DNA of 64,000 bases, from positions 2,656,001 to 2,720,000 of the forward strand of contig OY968762.1 in assembly GCA_963695225.1 (NCBI GenBank). Direction: 5' to 3'. Within the stretch, counting starts at the first letter, position 1, and every line of letters begins with the position of its first letter. Positions 18,060 to 25,439 of the stretch are shown piece after piece. The stretch is from Vulcanimicrobiota bacterium (lineage in GTDB: Bacteria; Vulcanimicrobiota; Vulcanimicrobiia; Vulcanimicrobiales; Vulcanimicrobiaceae). The position numbers and the translations under genes were made by a program. The notes below the pieces were generated by a model. It was not told the DNA's origin, did no database searches, and saw only the letters and a program-made list of their open reading frames with translations.

Positions 18060-19148
18060 TTAGTCTGCGGCGCTGGAGATGGCGAGTTGGGCGAGGCGCT
18101 CGGGGTCGAGTAGGACGATCGTCGAGTTGCGGCGCGTTTCGATGATGCCGCGCTGTTGCAACTCGTGCAGTTTTCGGGTGACGGTGACGCGGTTGCTCCC
18201 GATCATGTCGGCGAGGCGCTGGTGCGTGAGCGGGATGTCGATGACGCTCCAGCCCGAGCCGCCTTCGAATTTGCCGAACTGTTTGGCGAGCTCGAGGAGC
18301 GTGCGGTAGAGCCGCAGGTTGACGCTGTTGTTCATCAAGTCTTCGATGAGGACTTGCGATTCCGTCAAGCGTCGCGCGAAGTTCGTGATCACCTCGAGGG
18401 CGGCCGCGGGTTGCGCGGAGACGAGCTCCGCGATGTCCTTTTCGGAGATCGTGACGATCCTCGTCGGCTGCATCGCCTCCGCACATAGGTAGGAGAGGCT
18501 CTGCGACTCGGCGCCCCATTGCGGGAAGACGTCGCCCGCGCTCAAGATGGAAAGCGTGATGCAGCGGCCGTTCGGGAGGAGGTTGTAGAGCCGCAGCTTA
18601 CCGTCGATCACGAAGTGGAAGCGCTTCGTATCTTCGTAGAGCGGCGGAATCTCTTCGCCGAGATCGAGCGTCTTCTGCATCTCGGGAGTCGCGCGGCGCA
18701 GCAGCACGGCGTAGAGGCGGTCTTCCGCGCGCGGAATGGCGGTGCTCGAGCGCTCTTGTTCTTCCTTGAATCCCTCGGCGACGGCCATCACGATCATCGA
18801 GCGAAGTTCGGCGACTTCATTGATGATGTCGATCGGCGGCATCACGCCCTCGTTCGCTTCGAGCAGCGAGAGCTCGATCAGGTTCGTCGCTTCGATCGTG
18901 CGTCCGATCGTATCCGAGAGATCGTGTCCGTGGCTGGATTGGTGCCGTCCCGCGTCGCGTGCGAACTCCATGAGATGCTCGAACTCGGAGGTCTCGACGG
19001 CGCGCACGATCGCCTGCCAATACCGGTCGTGCAACGCGAGCGTTTCCTGACGGGGCTCCGTCTTGGGGACGGCTTTCGATTGCTCGAGCCAGCGGCGGCT
19101 GGAACTGGCGCTGCTGCGGCGGAGCATTTCGGCGAGTGCGGCGGACAC
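18060..19148 (-). CDS. CRP/FNR-family transcriptional regulator with an extra N-terminal helical domain
   Basis: cNMP-like barrel (FHFVIDGKLRLY..LPNGR..TLSIL..GDVF), HTH LTHQRLADMIGSNRVTVTRKL; about 140-aa N-terminal extension; GTG start with AAGGGGG RBS. Confidence 0.9.
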   Translation of the reverse strand: MSAALAEMLRRSSASSSRRWLEQSKAVPKTEPRQETLALHDRYWQAIVRAVETSEFEHLMEFARDAGRHQSSHGHDLSDTIGRTIEATNLIELSLLEANEGVMPPIDIINEVAELRSMIVMAVAEGFKEEQERSSTAIPRAEDRLYAVLLRRATPEMQKTLDLGEEIPPLYEDTKRFHFVIDGKLRLYNLLPNGRCITLSILSAGDVFPQWGAESQSLSYLCAEAMQPTRIVTISEKDIAELVSAQPAAALEVITNFARRLTESQVLIEDLMNNSVNLRLYRTLLELAKQFGKFEGGSGWSVIDIPLTHQRLADMIGSNRVTVTRKLHELQQRGIIETRRNSTIVLLDPERLAQLAISSAAD

Positions 19149-19270
19149 GAATCCCCCTTTTTGAGATCCTAGGCGCGATGCCCCTCCGCCGTCCGTGACG
19201 CGACGCCGGCCCCGAGGGCGGGAAGCGGGCCGTGGGGGAGCTCCGGCGCGGCCCGCAAAGGTCAGGCTCG

Positions 19271-21916
19271 ATGGACGACGTCTTCGCGGCGCTGCATCCG
19301 GAGGTGGCGGCCTGGTGCGCGCGCACGTTCGCGGAGCCGACCGCTCCGCAGCGTAGGGCGATCCCGCTCGGGCTCGCACGCGCGAGCTTCCTGCTCGCCT
19401 CCCCGACGGGGACGGGGAAGACGCTCGCCGCGTTCTTGCCGCTCCTCAGCGGCCTCGCGGAGCGGCGCGACCGGGACGAGCTGTTCGCCCGGCCGTTCGT
19501 CCTCTACGTGTCGCCCCTGCGCGCGCTCGGCTACGACGTCGAACACAACATCCGCCGTCCGCTCCGGGAAATGGGCCTGCTCGAACGGCCGAACACGGAG
19601 CGGGCGGCGCTGCGGGGCGGGCGGATCCGCGAGCGGTACGTGCGGACCGGCGTCCGCACGAGCGATACGCCGGTCGAAGAGCGGCGCCTGATGATGGCCC
19701 GCCCCCCGCACGTCCTGATCACGACGCCCGAATCGCTCGCGCTGATGATCGCGATGGACACGTATCGCAAGCAACTCGCCGCGCTCGAGACCGTCGTGAT
19801 CGACGAGATCCACGCGCTGGCCGGGAACAAGCGCGGAGCGTATCTCGCGCTCTGCCTCGAATCGCTCGAGGCGCTCGTGCGGCGCCCTCTCGTGCGGATC
19901 GGGCTTTCGGCGACCGTCGCGCCGCTCGGGCGGGTCGCCAGGTTCCTCGCCGGCGCGGACCGGCCGTGCGCGATCGTCGACGAGCGCGGCTTGCGGAAGA
20001 TCAAGCTCGGCGTCAACGCTCCCTTCTCCGGCGCGATGGCCCCGATGTCGCGGATCGCGGCGGAGGCCGTCGAACTCGGGCGCGGCGTCCGCACGCAGCT
20101 CGTCTTCACGAACGTGCGCAGCCAGGCCGAACGGCTCGCTCACGAGATGGCGCTCCTCGAACCGGAGGAGGGCGTCACGTTCGCCGGCGAGGACGCGCGC
20201 TCGCGGCCGCGATCGGACCGGCGCATCGGGATCCACCACAGCGCGCTCGAACGCAGCGTGCGGCATCGCGTCGAAGCGCAGCTCCGCGCGGGCGAGGTGC
20301 ACTCCGTCGTCTGCAGTTCGAGCCTCGAACTCGGCGTCGACATCGGGTACGTCGACCGCGTCTGCATCGTCGGGGGCGCGCGCGGGATGACGCCCACCTT
20401 GCAGCGCGTCGGGCGCGCCGGGCACCGGCCGGACGCGATCGCCGACGGCGTCGTGATCGCGCAGGATCGCGACGACATCATCGAAGCGGCCGCGACGAAG
20501 CGCTGCATCGCGGACGGGACGCTCGAGGAGATCGTGCTCCCCGAAGCGCCGCTCGACGTGCTCGCCCAATGGCTCGTCGCGAACGTCTGCCCGGATCGCC
20601 GCTGGCAGAGCGCGGATGCGCTCGCCGCGGCTCGGCGCGCCGAGCCGTACCGCGCGTTGCGCGAGTCCGACTTCGCGGCCTGCGTCGCGTACTTGAGCGG
20701 CGGCGGCGCCGGCGACGACCCGGCGCACGTCCGGCGCATCGGCCGCGACGACGAGATGCTCTACGGCCTGGGGCGCGAGGCGAGCGCCGCGTTCTTCGAA
20801 AACGTCGGGACGATTCCGGACGAGCGGCACGTCGGCGTGGTCGGGCGCGGCGGCGCGAAGATCGGCAAGCTCGAGGAGAGCTTCGCCTCGACGTTGCAGC
20901 CGGACGACGTCTTCCTCCTGAACGGCAAGACGTTCCGGGTGCGCGAACTGCGCGGCGGGACGCTGGCGGTCGAGCCGCACGCGGCGCGTCCGAACGTTCC
21001 CGTGTGGGCCTCGCACATCAAGGGAATTCCGCTCGTCCTCGCCGGCGAGATCGCGCGCCTCCGCCGCGGCCTCGCCGACCGTTTGCGAGCCGGCGGCCCG
21101 CAGCGCGCGCTGCGCTGGCTCGTGGAGCGCTACGGCATCGAGGGCGTCGAGGCGGCGCACGCGGTGCGCTACGTCGCGCAGCAGATGGCCGTCTCGTACG
21201 TCCCCGCTCCCGGCGAAACGCTGATCGAGCTGTATCGCATGGACCGCAGGCATACGGCGGTCTTCCACACCTGCGCGGGCCGCCGCGCGAACGAAGCGCT
21301 GGCCCGGATCGTCGCCGCGCGCCTCTTTCGCGTCGTGCGCGCGAACTCGCAGATCACCGTCGACGACGGCGGCTTCCTCGTCGCGCTGCCGCTCGGAAAG
21401 CGTTTGCCGGACCCCGCCTGGGGCGAATTGCTCCACGCCCACGACGTCGAACGGGATCTGCTCGACGGCCTGCGCGCCTCCCATCTGCTGCGGCGCCACT
21501 TCCGCCACGTCGCGAACGCGGGCTTGCTCGTCCTCAAGCGCTCCGGCGGCCGGAACGTGGGCGGCCGGGGGTCGCGCTGGAACGCCGAGCGCATCTTCGA
21601 CCGCTTGTGGGAGGTCGACCCGGAGTTTCCGCTGCTGCGCGAAACGGTCCGCGTCGTGACGCGCGATCTGCTCGACGCCCCGGCCGCCGTCCGCTATCTC
21701 GAAGGCCTCGAGGGCGAGGCGCGGATCGTCCATCCGCCGGCGGCGTCGCCGTTCTCGTTCGGGATCGTCACCTCGAGCTTCGCCGATTCCGTCGTGATGG
21801 ACGACCGCGCGAGCATGGTGGAGGCGCTCCACGAGCGCGTTCTCGCGCTGACGGGCGAAAGTGAGGCGCCGCCGCGCGAAGGCGAGTTGCCGCTCGTCGT
21901 CGAGACGCTCGCGTGA
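19271..21916 (+). CDS. lhr: Lhr-core family SF2 helicase
   Basis: SPTGTGKT, YVSPLRAL, TTPESL, IDEIH, GLSAT, HHSAL, SSLELGVDIG, QRVGRAGH, PLDVLAQ. Confidence 0.9.
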   Translation: MDDVFAALHPEVAAWCARTFAEPTAPQRRAIPLGLARASFLLASPTGTGKTLAAFLPLLSGLAERRDRDELFARPFVLYVSPLRALGYDVEHNIRRPLREMGLLERPNTERAALRGGRIRERYVRTGVRTSDTPVEERRLMMARPPHVLITTPESLALMIAMDTYRKQLAALETVVIDEIHALAGNKRGAYLALCLESLEALVRRPLVRIGLSATVAPLGRVARFLAGADRPCAIVDERGLRKIKLGVNAPFSGAMAPMSRIAAEAVELGRGVRTQLVFTNVRSQAERLAHEMALLEPEEGVTFAGEDARSRPRSDRRIGIHHSALERSVRHRVEAQLRAGEVHSVVCSSSLELGVDIGYVDRVCIVGGARGMTPTLQRVGRAGHRPDAIADGVVIAQDRDDIIEAAATKRCIADGTLEEIVLPEAPLDVLAQWLVANVCPDRRWQSADALAAARRAEPYRALRESDFAACVAYLSGGGAGDDPAHVRRIGRDDEMLYGLGREASAAFFENVGTIPDERHVGVVGRGGAKIGKLEESFASTLQPDDVFLLNGKTFRVRELRGGTLAVEPHAARPNVPVWASHIKGIPLVLAGEIARLRRGLADRLRAGGPQRALRWLVERYGIEGVEAAHAVRYVAQQMAVSYVPAPGETLIELYRMDRRHTAVFHTCAGRRANEALARIVAARLFRVVRANSQITVDDGGFLVALPLGKRLPDPAWGELLHAHDVERDLLDGLRASHLLRRHFRHVANAGLLVLKRSGGRNVGGRGSRWNAERIFDRLWEVDPEFPLLRETVRVVTRDLLDAPAAVRYLEGLEGEARIVHPPAASPFSFGIVTSSFADSVVMDDRASMVEALHERVLALTGESEAPPREGELPLVVETLA

Positions 21917-22674
21917 AGCCCGCGCCCGCCGCCGAATCCGTCGAACTCGCCGCGGGGGTCGTCGGGCTCGCCCCGGGTCTCGCGTGGCTGCCGCAGTCCC
22001 GGACGCTCGTCGTCGCCGACGCGCACCTCGGCTACGAAGACGTCGTCGGCGGGGCCTTGCCGCTCTGGAGCACCGCGGCGCTCGCCGCGACGCTGACGAT
22101 CGCGGCGCGGCGCGCGGGGGCGCGGGAGATCGCGTTCGTCGGCGACATCGTGCACGGCGCGTCGATGAGCGAAGGGGCGGCGCGCGCGATCGCCTCCGCG
22201 CTCGCCGCGCTGCGGGAGGTCGCCGAACTGACGCTGATCGCCGGGAACCACGAGGGCCGCACGCGAGCGTTCGCCGTGCTCGGGGCGACCGTCGAGGCGG
22301 CCGAACGGGACGGCTGGCTGCTCGTGCACGGCGACCGGCCGTTGCCGCCCGCAGCCCGCGCGATCGTCGGGCACCTCCATCCGAGCCTGCGGCTCGCGTC
22401 CGGCTCTTCCGCCCCCGCGTTCGTCGCGAGCGAGCGGGTCGTCGTCCTCCCGGCGCTGACGCCGTATTCTACCGGTCTCGACGTCCTTTCGGCGGACTGC
22501 GCGGCGGCGCTCGCCGCTTGGGGCGTCCGGCGCGGCGAGGCGCACGTCGTCGTCGCGACCAGCGAGCGGCTCTACCCCTTCGGTTCGCTCGGATCGCTGC
22601 GGGCCCGTCTCGTCGCCGGCCGCGGGCCCGGTAGGCGGCTCCCTAGGCGCCGCCTGCGAGCCGACCCCTCCTGA
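21913..22674 (+). CDS. Lhr-associated metallophosphoesterase (MPE/PdeM-like endonuclease)
   Basis: VADAHLG, GDIVH, GNHE, HGD, GHLHP; GTGA overlap with lhr. Confidence 0.85.
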   Translation: MKPAPAAESVELAAGVVGLAPGLAWLPQSRTLVVADAHLGYEDVVGGALPLWSTAALAATLTIAARRAGAREIAFVGDIVHGASMSEGAARAIASALAALREVAELTLIAGNHEGRTRAFAVLGATVEAAERDGWLLVHGDRPLPPAARAIVGHLHPSLRLASGSSAPAFVASERVVVLPALTPYSTGLDVLSADCAAALAAWGVRRGEAHVVVATSERLYPFGSLGSLRARLVAGRGPGRRLPRRRLRADPS

Positions 22675-22681
22675 CGCCGAT

Positions 22682-22777
22682 TCAGAGCGACTTTTTGTCG
22701 GCCGGCAAGATCGCGTACGTGAACGCCGTGCTGAAGGCGATGAGGACGATCGCCCGGATGACGAACCCGACCACCAC
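22682..22777 (-). CDS. Candidate 31-aa single-helix membrane peptide
   Basis: GTG overlaps the NUDIX stop (TAGTG); VVVGFVIRAIVLIAFSTAFTYAILPADKKSL; nearly all codons end in G/C. Confidence 0.45.
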   Translation of the reverse strand: MVVGFVIRAIVLIAFSTAFTYAILPADKKSL

Positions 22778-23340
22778 TAGAGGCGGCCCAACCGATCGAG
22801 CATCGTGTAGATCGAAGCGACGTGCGAGCCGACGTTGACGGTGCCGTCGCGGACGTACTCGCGCAGCTCTTCGAGCGTAGCGTACACGAGCTCGATCTGT
22901 TCGGTCGGGTCGGGACGCTGAGCGACGCACGCTACCGCGTCGCGCACGTGAAAGAGCTGGAACCGCGCGTTCGAATTCGTGGGGTCCGTAATGAAGGTCG
23001 CGACGAGCTCGGGCTCGGCGGGGTTGCCGATATGCCCCGTCTCCTCTTCGAGTTCGCGCCGCGCGCACTCCGCCGGCGTCTCCCCGCCGTCGATGGCGCC
23101 GGCGGGAAGCTCGAGGACGCTCTCGCCGATTCCGTGCTTGTATTGGCGAACGAGGACGACCCGCCCATCGGGCCGTTGGGCGAAGACGACGGCGAAGCCG
23201 CTGCTCTCGCGGACGTAGTAATCTTGGATCCGCTGGCCGTCGGGCAGTTCGATCGAGTCGCGCCGAAGGCGCAGGTATGGCGTCTCGATGACGATCGCCG
23301 AGTCGAGGACGAGCCACTTTCCCGAATCGCCGCTCTTCAC
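22777..23340 (-). CDS. NUDIX hydrolase (ADP-ribose pyrophosphatase-like)
   Basis: LVRQYKH, ELPAGAIDGGETPAECARRELEEETG Nudix box; start codon uncertain. Confidence 0.9.
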   Translation of the reverse strand: MKSGDSGKWLVLDSAIVIETPYLRLRRDSIELPDGQRIQDYYVRESSGFAVVFAQRPDGRVVLVRQYKHGIGESVLELPAGAIDGGETPAECARRELEEETGHIGNPAEPELVATFITDPTNSNARFQLFHVRDAVACVAQRPDPTEQIELVYATLEELREYVRDGTVNVGSHVASIYTMLDRLGRL

Positions 23341-23437
23341 AACGAGGTCCAGGATACTACGCGAGGGGAGGGGGCTCAAGTCCTCCGGCGGCAAATCTCT
23401 CCGAACTAGCGTTCCCGCTACGGAGGCTCGACGACCA

Positions 23438-23761
23438 ATCGACGACGCGCTGCGGATCGGCACGAACTACCAGACGACGTATGGTACGCTCTGGAAAGAC
23501 GGCACTTACTTCCCGCGGGGAACGCAGGTCAGCGTCGTGGGCATGCACATCGAACAGGGCTTCTGCGTTCGCTTTCCGGCCGAAATCGACGGCGAGCCTC
23601 TGGAAACGTGGGAGGACTGGAGCGAGGCCGATTTCCTCGCCCCCGAAGGTTCGATCGAAGTGACGCCCGGGGTTTCCCCCTCGGTGCTCGACGAAGCGCG
23701 CGAAGTTCTCGACGATGCGGAAGACGGCTGCCACTTGCATCTGCACGAAACGGACGACTGA
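23438..23761 (+). CDS. Hypothetical acidic protein (start uncertain)
   Basis: Frame of ORF 23288..23761 looks coding from about IDDALRIGTNYQ; stop 1 nt before the next gene. Confidence 0.45.
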   Translation: MDDALRIGTNYQTTYGTLWKDGTYFPRGTQVSVVGMHIEQGFCVRFPAEIDGEPLETWEDWSEADFLAPEGSIEVTPGVSPSVLDEAREVLDDAEDGCHLHLHETDD

Positions 23762-23762
23762 C

Positions 23763-25412
23763 GTGACCGCAACGCAACGCGTCGCCTTGCCCTCGACGCT
23801 TCCCAGCACGATGATGGACGTCCAGCTCACCACGACCTGGGTCCTGGAACACGCGGTCCGCAACCACGCGCGGCGAGAGATCGTTTCGCGCTCGGACGCC
23901 GGCCCGCTCCATCGCGCCACGTACGCGCAGTTCGCGGCGCGCGTCGCGCAGCTCGCGCATGCGCTGGTCGAACTCGGCGTGCGGCCGGGCGACCGCGTCG
24001 CGAGCTTCTCGTGGAACACGCATCGCCATCTGGAATTGTATTACGCGGTGCCCTCGATCGGCGCGGTCCTGCATACCGCGAACATCCGGCTCTTCCCCGA
24101 GCAAGTGGTGTGGGCGTTCGACCACGCCGACGACAAGCTCATCTTCGTCGACGGCTCCCTGACGCCGGCGCTCCGGGGGGTCGCGCAACTCCCCGACTTC
24201 AAGCGCCCGTTCATCGTGATGGGCGAGCCGATCGTCGAGCTGCCGAATTCTCGTTCCTACGAAGATCTGCTCGCGGGGAAGCCGGCGACCTTCGATTGGC
24301 CGGAGCTCGACGAGCGCAGCGCCGCGATCCTCTGCTATACGTCCGCGACGACGGGCGATCCCAAAGGCGTCTTGTTTTCGCACCGGTCCTCGATGCTGCA
24401 CGCGTTCGCGGGCGCGCTGCCCGATGCTCTCGATATCGGGCAAGCGGATTCGCTCATGCCGGTCGTGCCGATGTTCCACGTCAACGCGTGGGGGATGCCG
24501 TTCATCGCTCCGCTCGTCGGTGCGAAGCTGGTTCTGCCGGGCGCCCGGCTCGATCCGGCGAGCTTGATCGAACTGATCGACGCGGAGGGCGTCAGCGTCT
24601 GCGCCGGCGTCCCGACCGTGTGGCTCGCACTCCTGGACGAATTGAACAAACGCGACGCGCGCCTCCCTTCGATGAAGCATCTCGTGATCGGCGGGTCCGC
24701 CGTCCCGCCGAGCCTCTTCGACGGCCTCGAAGCGCGCGGCGTCCACGTCGTTCACGCCTGGGGGATGACGGAGATGAGTCCGATCGGGACGGTCTCGCAA
24801 CTCCGCTCGGAACTGGCCGGCGCTTCGCCGGAACTGCGCCGGGCGGAACGCCTCAAACAGGGCGCGTTCACGCCGATCGTGGCCTGGAAGCTCGTCGACG
24901 ACGAAGGAAACGAGGTCCCGCGGGACGGCGTTTCGCGCGGGCAGCTCTGGGTGCGCGGCCCGGCCGTGACCGGCTCGTATTATCGGGCCGGGGAAGGCGG
25001 GGCCGATTCGTTCCGGGACGGCTGGTTCCACACCGGCGACATCTGCACGGTCGACGAGTTCGGGTACATGCAGCTCGTCGATCGCTCGAAAGACCTCGTG
25101 AAATCCGGGGGCGAGTGGATCTCGTCGGTCGATCTCGAGAACACGCTGATGGGACATCCGGCGGTCAAGGAAGCCGCCGTGATCGGTGCCTGGCACCCGA
25201 AGTGGGTCGAGCGTCCCGTCGCCTGCGTCGTCATTCGAGAAGGGCATACGACCGACGAGGCGGCGATTCAAGCGTGGCTGGCGGAGCGCGTGGCGAAATG
25301 GTGGATTCCGGACCGGGTGGTGTTCGTCGACTCCATCCCGCGGACGGGCGTCGGGAAGTTCTTGAAGAGGGAGCTGCGCGAGCGCTATCGGGGGCTTCTC
25401 GCGGAAGAGTAG
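23763..25412 (+). CDS. Medium/long-chain fatty-acid--CoA ligase (AlkK/DmdB-like)
   Basis: CYTSATTGDPKGV, VPMFHVNAWG, HAWGMTE, GWFHTGD, DRSKDLVKSGGEWISS, HPKW.ERP, TGVGKF. Confidence 0.92.
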   Translation: MTATQRVALPSTLPSTMMDVQLTTTWVLEHAVRNHARREIVSRSDAGPLHRATYAQFAARVAQLAHALVELGVRPGDRVASFSWNTHRHLELYYAVPSIGAVLHTANIRLFPEQVVWAFDHADDKLIFVDGSLTPALRGVAQLPDFKRPFIVMGEPIVELPNSRSYEDLLAGKPATFDWPELDERSAAILCYTSATTGDPKGVLFSHRSSMLHAFAGALPDALDIGQADSLMPVVPMFHVNAWGMPFIAPLVGAKLVLPGARLDPASLIELIDAEGVSVCAGVPTVWLALLDELNKRDARLPSMKHLVIGGSAVPPSLFDGLEARGVHVVHAWGMTEMSPIGTVSQLRSELAGASPELRRAERLKQGAFTPIVAWKLVDDEGNEVPRDGVSRGQLWVRGPAVTGSYYRAGEGGADSFRDGWFHTGDICTVDEFGYMQLVDRSKDLVKSGGEWISSVDLENTLMGHPAVKEAAVIGAWHPKWVERPVACVVIREGHTTDEAAIQAWLAERVAKWWIPDRVVFVDSIPRTGVGKFLKRELRERYRGLLAEE

Positions 25413-25439
25413 CCCTCAAATAAGCCGCCGAGCGAACCG

